From assembly GCA_051313645.2 (NCBI GenBank), contig JBNRSN020000008.1:205716001-205780000 (forward strand): a stretch of DNA of 64,000 bases, written 5' to 3'. Position 1 is the stretch's first letter. The number at the start of each line of letters is the position of its first letter. The position numbers and the translations under genes are program-made. Below, in pieces: positions 39,001 through 51,000 of the stretch. The notes beneath the pieces were generated by a model, which saw only the letters and a program-made list of their open reading frames with translations, had not been told where the DNA came from and ran no database searches. This stretch comes from Centroscyllium fabricii. Lineage: Eukaryota.

Positions 39001-42000
39001 CTGGAACAAAATGCATTACAGAAATGGCGAGTCAGGCAGGAGTTCAGGCGAAAGTGTGTAATAAGGCAGACAGTGGTGCGGAGGAGGAATCCGCAATGGA
39101 GGAAAGGTTGTCTACCTATATGTACGGCAAAGTAAATATCACGAAAAAGTGGATGAGTGATATGTTAAAGGCTGAGTGTCCCATAGATGTAGCTGCCCAG
39201 TGGACAGCAAGTAAAGAGTACAGGAAGGGTATTGAAGAGGCGGTCTGGCTCATGTGCTTTAAAAAGCAAGTCTCAGTATTAGACCGTGCTGTAGCAGCGC
39301 GGACAGCCAAGGTTGAACAGTTGACCCTCGAGTTGCAGGAAAAGACGGCAGCGGAAGGGAAAGTGTTAGTGGCACTCCAGGCAATAAGCCAAGAAAGGGC
39401 ACAGACAGCAAGGGACCACCTGGCAAAGGGAGAGCGTCTGAATGACCGGGCTGCCGAAGTTTAGCGGGAACATCAGGCGAAGGTAGAGCGCCTGGAGCAC
39501 CAGATCGCTGAGCTCAAAAGTAGCGCTAGATATAGGATGGAACACCTGTAACACCAGGTTAGAGAGGCGAGAGGCAGTGAGGTTAGGTTGGTGGTTAAGA
39601 TCCACAGCCTCACGCAAGAATTAAAAGAGCAGGAGGAGAAAGTAGGTGAGGTAAAAGCAGCATATAAGCTGGCTTGTGCCCAGGGGTTTGAAGACGCAGA
39701 TCATGGCCCCTGCAGGCAAGAAATAGAAAGCTTGGGCATGGCCTTAGTGAGGGCGAAGGGCATGGTATGCCTCATTAGCCCGAAGGCGGGCCTGTCGGAT
39801 TTTACCAGCAACCCGAGCAGGGAAGTCCCACAACAGCCCCCAGAACGACACTGGTTAGGGAACCAGAGGTCTCACCGCCGCCACCCATAGCCCTGAGTTT
39901 TCAGGAGGTCTGGCAGTAAGTGGGGGTGGAGGATGAAGCATTAGGGAAGACCCAGCAGGCCTCGCTAGATAGGCCGGGACCGGGACCAGTGTACCCCCTC
40001 CGACAGTGTAAGTGTAAAACTGTACTGCATTCATAGGGATTTTGTGTTGTATAATACTGTTTATCTTGTAGTTTTAGCTTCTGTTGATAAACATTGGTTT
40101 TCCTTGCATCAATCCACTGGTATGTTCGTTTGGCCTTATTACCGCTCGATAGGTCCTGAGCTCAGAACCAGGAAGGGGAAAGCGATTTGCAACCGCACAG
40201 CGGGCAGGGCAGCTCAAAAAATATCACTGGCTGACCTACAATAAGCCCCTGAAACAAAACCCCTTACAAATGGAAGATTGGTAACTCCAGAGCATCCTGA
40301 AGGAAATTAAATGGGGACTGATGGAAATATTTAAAATATGATGAACCAGGAATTAAGTGGTGGTTGGACACAATAATTATACACATCAAGCAGATGATGA
40401 TTATGGTGGAGATACAACCAGGTCTTCAAATTAATGTAGCGTATTCAGGATGTGGAGATTAGCGAGCTTAGAGTTAAGCCCTGGAAACGAGACTAGACGA
40501 GAATCATCCAAAAATAGAAAACCACAATCTGTGTCAGCCGTGGCTCAGTGGCTAGCACTCTCGCTCTGAGTTTAAAGGTTGTGTGTTCAGATCCCATTCC
40601 AGAGACTGGCATGCTGTTGCAGTACCGAGGGAGTGCTGCACTGTTGGAAGTGCCAACTTTTAAATGAGACGTTACACCGAGGACCCGTCCGTCTTCTCAG
40701 GTGGGTGTAAAAATACCATGCCACTAGTCAAAGGAGAGCAGGGAAGTTTTCCCCGAAGTTCTCCTTCCTGGCCAAAATCTGTCCCTCAACCAACATTATG
40801 AAAACGGATGATCATAGAATCATAGAAACTTACAGCACAGGAGGAGGCCATTCGGCCCGTCGTGCCTGTGCCGGCTCTTTGAAAGAGCAGTCGTGCTTAT
40901 TCCCACTCTCGCATTTTGTCCGTAATCCTGTAAATTCCACATCCTCAAGTACCCGTCCAACTCCTGTTAAAATTATTTAGGAATGAGCTTCCACCACTTT
41001 TTCAGGTAGAGCCTTCCAGGTGTCGACAACTCTGAGTGAAGACATTTTTCCCCTCTAAATCTTTCTCCAATGATTTTAAATCTATGACCTCTGGTTATTG
41101 ACCCACTCGCCAGAGAGAATAGTTTTTCTCAATCTGCTCTATCAAAACCTCTCATCATCTTGAAAACCTCTATTGGGTCAACTCTTAACCTTCTCTGTTC
41201 CAAGGAGAACAGTCCTAGCTTTTCCATCCTCGCCTCATAACTGAAATCCCTCATTCCTGGTTTCATCCTCTGTACCCTTTCTAAGGCTAAACTTTACATC
41301 TTTCCTGAAGTGTGGTGCCCAGAATTGTCCACAATACTCCGGCTGAGGCCTAACCAGTGATTTATAAAGTTCTAGCATGATCTCTTTGCTTCTATATTCT
41401 GTTCCTCTATTTACAAACCCAAGTAAACCATAAGCTTTTGTAACCACCTTATCAACTTGCCCTGCCACCTTTAAGGATTTGTGTATAACGCTCCTGTGAA
41501 GTGCCTTGGGATATTTTACTACATTAAAGGCGTTATATAAATACAAGTTGTTGTTGTTGTATGTGGACAGCAAGGTCTCTCTGCTCCTCTACACTTTTCA
41601 AAATCGTGCCATTTATAGTATTCTGTCTTTCATTATTCGTCCTCCCAAAGTGCATCACTTCACAGTTATCCGTATTGAACTCTATTTGCCACACTTCTGC
41701 CCATTTCACCATCCTGAAGCCTAAAACTATCCTCATTATGATCTGGTCATTTATCACATTGCTGTTTATGGGAGCTTGCTGTGTGAAAATTGGTTGCCGC
41801 GTTTCCCACATTACAACAGTGACTACACTTCAAAAGTACTTTATTGGCTGTAAAGCGCTTTGGGACGCCCTGAGGTCGTGACAGGAGCGGCACAAATGCA
41901 AGTATGTCTTTATTTGTTGGAGTTGCAGAAACAACTTTGCACACCGAGCACTGGAAACGTGGAACCGAGTGACACACATCGCAGCAAAGGCTGGGTGACT

Positions 42001-45000
42001 GTGTCTGAGTAAATATTGCCCTATAAGGTGCCGCAAGTAGCTCGGTGGATAAAGAAAGAAGATTTGTATTTATACAGGGGGAGGGGGAAGAGGTGTAAAA
42101 TGTTTAGTCGTGATGCTCCAGCCATTATGGTGTATGGGGCAGGCTTGATGGACCAGCTGGTCTTTTCATTTTCTTATGCTCATAATACTCGCTGCCTGGA
42201 GTCTAACATGGAGAATGGCCCCTTGGGGTGAAAGCTACTTGTGCATGGAAGGGCATCAATACTTGAGATGGGATGAAAAGATGCAACAGAATAGATTCAA
42301 AGAAGAACATGTACAATTAATCACAAGAGCATAGGAAATAGGAGTGGGAGTCGGCCATTCTGCTGATCTTCCGCCTCATCTCCACTTTTCTGCACTATCC
42401 CCATATCCCTTAATATTCAAATATCTATCGACCTCTGTCTTGAATATACTCAACGACTGAGCCTCCACAACTCGCTGGGGGTATAGAATTCCCAAGATTT
42501 GAGTGAAGAAATTCCTCCTCATCTCAGTCCTAAATGGCCGACCCCTTATTCTGAGACCGTGACCCCTAGTTCTAGACTCTCCAGCCAGAGGGAACATCCT
42601 CCCAGCATCTACACTCTCAAGCCCTGAAGAATTCTATGGCCGAAAAATTGGTCAGCGCACGTTTTGGGGCGCTAACCTCGGTGCAGCGCTAAAATTAGTG
42701 CCGGGCGTAAATTAGTGCCGGAGCCCCCGATATTCACTTTAGCGCCGGCCTTGCAGATTGCAGCGCTAAATCAAGCGTTGCACGGGTGCAAACGGCCAAT
42801 ATTCAGGCGCTAAGTGGCTAGTGCGGGCGCAGCGCTCCATCTGCCACTTCTGGCCTTCCCAGCAATGCTGGCGCCGGTCAGCTCTTAAAGGGGTAGGGGA
42901 AACAGTATATGATGTCTCCTCACCTCCCTCTGCCTCACTCTGTATCTCTCCTCACCTGCCTCTCTCACTCGCTCTCTGTATCTCTCCTCACTTCCCTTTG
43001 TCTGTCTCCGATCTCCTCTCATCTCCCTCTATCTCTCTCTGTAACTCTCCTAACCTCCCTATGTATGTCTCCGATCTCCTCTCACCTCCCTCTGTCTCTC
43101 TCTGTAACTCTCCTCACCTGCCTCTCTCACTCGCTCTCTGTATCTCTCCTCACTTCCCTCTGTCTGTCTCCGATCTCCTCTCACCTCCCTCTATCTCTCT
43201 CTGTAACTCTCCTAACCTCCCTGTGTATGTCTCCGATCTCCCCTCACCTCCCTCTGTCTCTCTCTGTATCTCTCCTAACATCCCTCTGTCTGTCTCTGAT
43301 CTCCCACAAAATGGCCACCGCACGAAAGGGAGGAAGTGTGTCCCTTTAAAGAACGCCCCCGTGGCCCCGCATCACCTCAGCTGCGTTTGGGAAAGCTGGC
43401 GTTGGCAGCGCTGGGCGTTAGTTAGGCAGCCGCTCGTCAATTTCAGGTGCAGCCCTAGGGGCGGGCATTGCGCCAGGATATCAGCAAGGATTCAGGCGCA
43501 CCAAGTAGTGTGCGCTAACAGTTAGCGCCGGCGCTAATCGCTTGGCAAAATTCGGGCGCGGCGCAAAGTTTTTAGCGCCCGGCGCTAAAACCTCTAGTGC
43601 CTATTTTCGGGCGCTAATCAGCCGGCGTTAGACTGCCAATTTTTCGGCCTATATGTTTCAATGAGATCAACTCTCATTCTTCTAAACTCTAGGGAATATA
43701 GGCCTAATCTACTCAATCTCTCCTCATGGACAATCCCCTCATCCCAGGAATCAGTCCAGTAAACCTACTAAGGTTTAAAACTCCCTCTAAGGCAGGTATA
43801 TCCTTGATTGGTAAGGAGGCAAAATCTGTACGCAGCACTCCAGATGTGGTCTCACCAAGGACCTATATAATTGCAATAAGATTTCTTTATTCTTATACTC
43901 CAATCCCTTAGTAATAAAGGTTGAAGTTTCATTTGCTTTCCTAATTGCTTGCTGAACCTACATGTTAACGTTCTGTGATTCGTGCACAAGGACACCCAGG
44001 TCCCTCTGAACACCAACATTTCCCAGTCTCTCACCATTTAAAAAATATTCTATTTTTCCTACCAAAGTGGATAACTTCACATTTCTCCACATTATACTCC
44101 ATCTGCCATGCTCCTGCCTACTCACTTAACCTGTCTATATCCCTTTGCAGCCTCTTTGCATCCTCTTCACATCTTACTTTCCCAAGACTGAGTGGTTGAT
44201 GACTGCTGGCTTTATTTTGGGGCAGGACAATATTAAGAAAACCAAGAGTGGCAGTGTGCGATGCTGAAATAAATCAGTCAAGCACAGCAAGTCAGAATGG
44301 CCTTTCCTCCTTACCTGAACTCCTTCTAGCCCTCGTTCCCCTGGTGGTCCTGTGATTATTGCAGATCCTTCCATGTCATCCTGCAAAGAGAATTACAACA
44401 TGTCACAATCTTCTGGGACAAACTCACTCTTAACAATTGCGCTAGCCTCACATTAATCTCAAGCGCAATTCAGGGAGTTGTCAGCCGTGGCTCTGTGGGT
44501 AGCACTCTCGCCTCTGCGTCAGAAGGTTTATGGGTTCAAGACCCACTCCAGAGACTGGAGCACATAATCCCAGTGCAGTGCTGAGGGAGAGCTGCACAGT
44601 CGAAGGTGTCGTCTTTCAATTGAGATGTTAAACTAAGGCCAAGTAAAAGTTCCCATGGCACTATTCAGAGAAGAGCAGGGGAGTACTTCCCGGTGCCCTG
44701 GCCAATATTTATCCCTAAACCAATATTACTAAAACAGATTATCTGGTCATTATCACATTGCGGGACCTTGCCTAGCGCAAATTGGCTGCCGCATTTCCTA
44801 CATTACAACAGAGACTACATTTCAAAACGTACGTCATTGATTGTAAAGCGCTTTGGGACGTCCTGAGATCGTGAAAGGCGCTACAGAAATGCAAGTTCTT
44901 TCTTACTCAAGCTGAACTTAAGTAGCTTATGCTCAAAAATGAGACAAGAGTGGAAGTGGCTTCTGGCATTAACTGTATCTGACCAACAAAGGCTGGCATT

Positions 45001-48000
45001 AATACACCTTGTCCCCTTTGCCAGCGAGAACACATTGCTTTCATTGCCGATTCCTCTTGGAATTATTTTTCTTCCCTCCTCCCGCCCCCGCCTCCCTCCA
45101 TCCATCCCGGTATGGGTCAAAGCCAGCCATTCTGTATGTGTTTCTGGTTTTCAGAGGAAGTCACCACAATTTCCTTCTGCCATGGAACCACAGTTAGGCA
45201 GCCTGTAATTATGTCATTGTGTTGGTTGTTGCCGTGCAACCCTTTGGACAACGGATCAGAAAAGCCGCCCACACACTTAATCCACCCGACAGGGTACCTC
45301 AACAGCAAACCGGAGGAAATGCCATAATTCCTAGATGTGTGTGTGTGATGTACACTCTGCATGCATTCAATCTTCATGTCGGTCAGTTTTCAACAGTAAT
45401 GCGAAAGTGAACATGTGGCTTTTGGCCAGCATGCTCTCTGTGATTGAGGTTGTCCCCACCAATTATACTTGCGACTTTGAACGTAAATCAGTGATAGGCA
45501 CCACCACTACCTAGAAGGACAAGGGCAGCAGGTGCATTGAACACAGTCACCTCCAAGTTCTCCTCCAAGTCACAAGCCACCCTGACTTGGAAATACATAG
45601 AAACATAGAAGATAGGAGCAGGAGTAGGCCATTCAGCCCCTCGAGCCTGCTCCGCCATTCAATGAGATCATGACTGATCATCCAAACCCAGTACCCTGTC
45701 CCTGCCTTCTCCCCATATCCCTTGATACCTTTATCTCTAAAAGATATATCTAACTCCTTCTTGAATATATTTAATGACTTGACCTCAACTACATTCTGTG
45801 GTAGAGAATTCCACAGGTTCACCACTCTCTGGGTGAAGAAATTCTTCCTCATCTCTGTCCTAAATGGCTTACCCCTTATCCTTAGACTATGACCGCTGGT
45901 TCTGGACTCTCCGATCATCGGGAACATTCTTCCTGCATCTTGTTTGTCCAGATGTGTCAGAATTTTATAAGTTTCTATGAGATCCCCTCGCATTCTTCTA
46001 AACTCCAGCGAGTGTAAGCCCAATCGGCCCAATCTCTCCTCATACGTCATTCCTGCCATCCCAGGTATCAGCCTTGTGAATCTTCGCTGAACTCCTTCCA
46101 TGGCAAGAACATCCTTCCTCAGATAAGGTGACCAAAACTGCACACAGTACTCAAGGTGTGGTCTCACCAAGGCCCTGTACAACTGCAGCAGGACATCCCT
46201 GTTCCTGTACTCAAACCCTTTCGCTATGAAGGCCAACATACCATTTGCCTTCTTTACCACCTGCTGCACCTGCATGCTTAACTTCAGCGACGGGTGCACA
46301 AGGACACCCAGGTCTCGTCGCACTTCCCCTTCTCCCAATCTATTGCCATTCAGATAATAGTCTGCCTTTCTGTTTTTGACACCAAAGTGGATAACCTTGC
46401 ATTTATCCACGTTATATTGCATCTGCCACGCTTCTGCCCAATCACCCAACCTGTCCAAATCATACTGGAGTTTCTCGGTATCCTCCTTGCAGCACACACG
46501 TCCACCCAGCTTTGTTTCATCTGCAAACTTGGAGATATTACATCTAGTTCCCTTATCTAGATCATTAATGTTTATTGTGAATAGCTGGGGTCCAAGGACC
46601 GATCCCTGCGGTACCCCACTAGTCACTACCTGCCACTCAAAAAAAACCCGTTAATTCCTACTCTCTGCTTTCTGTCCACAAACCAGTTCTCTATCCAAGT
46701 CAATACCTTGCCCCCAATCCCATGTGCCTTAACTTTACATGCTAATCTCTTATGCGGGACCTTAGCGAAAGCCTTTTGAAAGTCCAAATACACCACATCT
46801 ACTGGTTCTCCCTTATCTATTTTCCCAGTTACATCCTCAAAAAACTCCAGTAGATTAGTCAAGCATGATTTACCTTTCGTAAATCCATGTTTACTTTGCC
46901 CGATCCTGTCACTGTTTTCCAAGGGCTCAGCTATTACATCCTTTATAATAGACTCTAGCATTTTCCCCACTACCGATGTCAGGCTTACCGGTCTGAAATT
47001 CCCCGCTTTCTCTCTACCACCCTTTTTGAATAGTGGGGTAACATTAGCTACCCTCCAATCCATGGGTACTGTTCCAGATTCCAGTGAATGTTAGAAGATG
47101 ATCAGCAATGCATCTACTATTTCTAGGGCCACTTCCTTCAGTACTCGCCGATCCTTCACCGTCGCTGGGTCAAAATCTTGGAACTCCCTCCCTAACAGCA
47201 CTGTGGGAGTACAGTCACCACACGGAGTGCAGCGATTCAAGAAGGTGGCTCAGCACCACCATCTCAAGGGCAATGAGGGATGGGCAATAAATGCTGGCCT
47301 TGCCAGTGACGCCCACATTCCATGAATGTATTTTTAAAATGTCACTTTTTTTTTACTTTTAACCCTTCACCAAGTCCCAATGACCTTGATGTTGACCAAC
47401 ATTTTCATCATAAAATGGTGTAGGTTGGCCGTGCAAAGTTCTGAGGTACAGAATAGTTCAGGTTATGCTATATAAAAATAAAGAACTTACAAATCCAGCC
47501 CGGAAACCCAATGCTGGAGGCCCAGGAGGTCCAGGAGGACCTGGAAATCCTCGGGGTCCTATTGGTCCTGGCAACCCAGCTAAGCCATGCTGACCAGGAG
47601 GACCAGTATCTCCAGTGGAACCCTGCAATGGAAAAGAAAATGGAAAGAAGAAAACTTGAGAGTGAAATAATGTGTGATCAGCATCAACACAGCCTTCTTA
47701 ATTTTTTTGAAATCTCATTTTGATAACTTTCTGTATTTCATTCAAATATTCCATCAACCATAACTCAATGCTATCACTCTCACCTTTGAGTCAGAAGGTC
47801 CCAGCCCAGGGACTTGAGCACCTAACCCAGGTTGACACTCCCAGTGCAGTACTGAGGGAGTGCTGCACTGTCAGAGGTGCCGGCTTTCGGATGAGACATT
47901 GAACTGAGGCTCCGTCTGCTCTCTCAGCTGGACTATTTCGAAGAGCGGGAGAGTGAAACTGACTGCAAGTTAGGATTAGAAACATAGAAGATAGGAGCAG

Positions 48001-51000
48001 GAGTAGGCCATTTGGCCCTTCGAGCCTGCTCCGCCATTCAATGAGATCATGGCTGATCATCCAAACCCAGCACCCCGTCCCTGCCTTGTCGTCATATCCC
48101 TATCGAGCCTGCACCAACACATATTCCACCCTATCCCCGTAACCCCACATATTCAATCCCCCTAACACTAAGGGTCAATTTATCCTGGCCAATCAACCTA
48201 ACCCACACATCTTTGGACTGTGGGAGGAAACTGGAGCACCCGGAGGAAACCCACGCAGACACGGGGAGAATGTGCAAACTCCACACAGATAGTAAGTAAG
48301 TAAGTAAAATTTTTATTGTCACACAACTGAAAATAATCAATAAATTCAGAAGGTGAAATCCTTACTGCAGTTTCACGCACTATATAACAACTAAACAACT
48401 ACAACTAAACAACAAAGAACAAAGACACACAGCACGTGAGAACCCACAAGACGTCAAGCCATTTTTCCGGCGCCATCGTTGAGGGTCCGCATGTGCTCTG
48501 GTTCCTAGATTCAACGTTATTAAAAAAAAAATCTTCAACCAATTCAATATATATAAATATGTTCAAGTTAATCAATGTTTAAGGGAGTCCAGAAGGCGAC
48601 CCGATCACCGACCATCCATCCGACCGCAGACCACGCAGGCCAAACCAATTTCTCAGCTCCTGGATTGAAGAAACTAGTCCCCAACTCCGACCACTGCTCC
48701 ATGAATGTCCATAGAATCTTCTGGAAGAAAGTGAAAGAGTCCACATACAACCAACGGCCTGATTCACACCCACCGAATTCCTCCTGCTCCCGCATCTCTG
48801 GAGCAAAGGGACAACGCCCGACAACAACAATGGCCCGATGAAGGCCCGACGACCTCCTCTACCTTCCACACCTCTGGAGAGATGGAACAGCGCTCGACGC
48901 CGACCAACGGCCCGATAAGGGCCCGACTACTTCTTCTACCTCCCGCACCACGTGAACAAGGAGCAGCGCCCGACGCCGACCAACGGCCCGACCCAGGCCA
49001 CCGAGATCTTCCTGTTCCCGCACCTCGGGAAAAAAGGAGCAGCGCCCGACGCCGACCAACGGCCCGACCCAGGCCGCCGAGATCTTCCTGCTCCCGCACC
49101 TCGGGAACAAAGGTGCAGCGCTCGACGCCCACCTACGGCCCGACCCAGGCCGCCGAGATCTTCCTGCTCCCACACCACGGGAACAAAGGAGCAGCCCCCG
49201 ACGTCGACCTATCTTAGATAGTACCCGAGGCTGGATTTGAACCCGGGTCTCTAGTGCTGTAAGGCAACAGTGCTAACCACCATGCCACCGTGCTGCCCAT
49301 GATTAAAAAGTCTCCTTAGCACAGGCATGCAACTGGCACTAAAATGTTTATCGCACTTCATCGAATAGAACACTGCAACAGCAAACACGCTCTGTCCCTG
49401 CCTGGAAAAGCACACTGTGCGTCTCCTTATAACATCACTCATGTAAAAGAAAACTCACCACTGGTTAGATAATGCATAGATGCTGCTCCATCTATGGTGG
49501 GGTATACCAACACAGGACAAAAATAAAGTCATCAAACTCACTTCTAATATGGCCGGCAGCGTGGTTTGCACCCCTGGAGTCTACCCACCTTTCCCCAACT
49601 CGTTCCCTCTCCACTTTGCCATATTTTCCATGCTTCCTCCCCTTCTGCCTTTCTGCCCTGAAGCATCTTTTGTTTGTTTTCATCACCTCCTTTTGCCTTG
49701 CACCATCATCGCTTTTGTAATTTAATTACTCCTGCCCTCTGTCTCAGACCTTTGCTATTTGTCTTTTCTTGACCCCCTTTTCTCTGGCTCTCTACTTGCT
49801 TTAGAGCTGTTTGTGGTAAACCACTGTATATATATGTATATAACCACCTGCATTGTGTTAACCTCTGCTGTACTGTACATAGCCCTGTGTGTAGCTTGTC
49901 CGGGCATGCTCATGCTGACCCCGCCTGCGGCTCCTCCTCCTCGGACCCAGGTATAAAGGTAACTGCTTTCCCTCCCCCATTCATTCTGGGATCGGTCGAC
50001 TAGCATGGGTATGCTCATGTCTTAGTTAATAAAAGCCTATAGTTCACCACTCAACTTCTAGTCTTTTGAAGTTATTGATTAGGCATCACTGTTCATCTCT
50101 AATATCTTCCCAGTTCTGATGAAAGGTCATAGACCCGAAACGTTAACTCTGTTTCTCTCTACACAGATGCTGTCTGACCTGCTGATCATTTTTTAAGCAT
50201 TTCCTGTTTTTATTTCACTTCCAAAATGTTACTCCACTTACAGTTCAAAATAAAACAGCAGCTTTCTAATCCTGTGAAATGTCAATTTGTAATATGGACG
50301 CTGATCTCTCTCTCCCAGTCCTCGGTAGAGTGCCTCTTACAGGTTCTGCTAACACAGCCGCCTTTAGGGGCCTTCAGACAGTAGAACCAGTGCGGACGGG
50401 CGAGGCTGGGACTATCTGAAGCGACAGTCACTGTAACGTTATGGATTGGGATGCCCTCCCTAAACCTCTCCACCTCTCTTTCACCCTTTGTAAGTTGTAG
50501 GGCGGCACGGTGGCATAGTGGTTAGCACTGTTGCCTCACAGCGCCAGGGGCCCGGGTTCAAATCAAGCCTCGGGTACTATCTGTGTGGAGGTTGCACATT
50601 CTCCCCGTGTCTGCGTGGGTTTCCTCCGAGTGCTCCGGTTTCCTCCCACAGTCCAAAGATGTGCGGGTTAGGTTGATTGGCCAGGATAAATTGACCCTTA
50701 GTGTTAGGAGGATTGAATATGTGGGGTTACGGGGATAGGGTGGGATATGTGTTGGTGCAGGTTCGATAGGGATCGAGGGATATGGGGACAAGGCGGGGAC
50801 AGGGTACTGGGTTTGGATGATCAGCCATGATCTCATTGAATGGCGGAGCAGGCTCGAAGGGTCGAATGGCCTACTCCTACTCCTATCTTCTAGGTTTCTA
50901 TGTTACTTAAAACCTACCTCTGACAAATATCTGCTCTAATATCTCCTTATGTGTCTCGGTGTCATCACGCTCCTGCAAAGCACCTTGGGACGTTTTGCTA

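Larger units (their letters stand above)
42330..44180 (-). mobile_element. CR1 3' fragment interrupted by a MITE
   Basis: ORF 42376-42597 is the CR1 C-terminus; the RT fragment resumes at 43650. Confidence 0.85.

Noticed and set aside
42821-43525. 234-aa Ser/Pro/Leu-rich ORF
   Set aside because: Translation of a CT-rich repeat in a MITE
49459-49495. Candidate exon beside a GTGAGT donor
   Set aside because: No Gly-X-Y or COL18A1 similarity, and the flanking exons already join colinearly
50313-50411. Short imperfect inverted repeat
   Set aside because: Arms of about 11 bp only, too weak to call a structure
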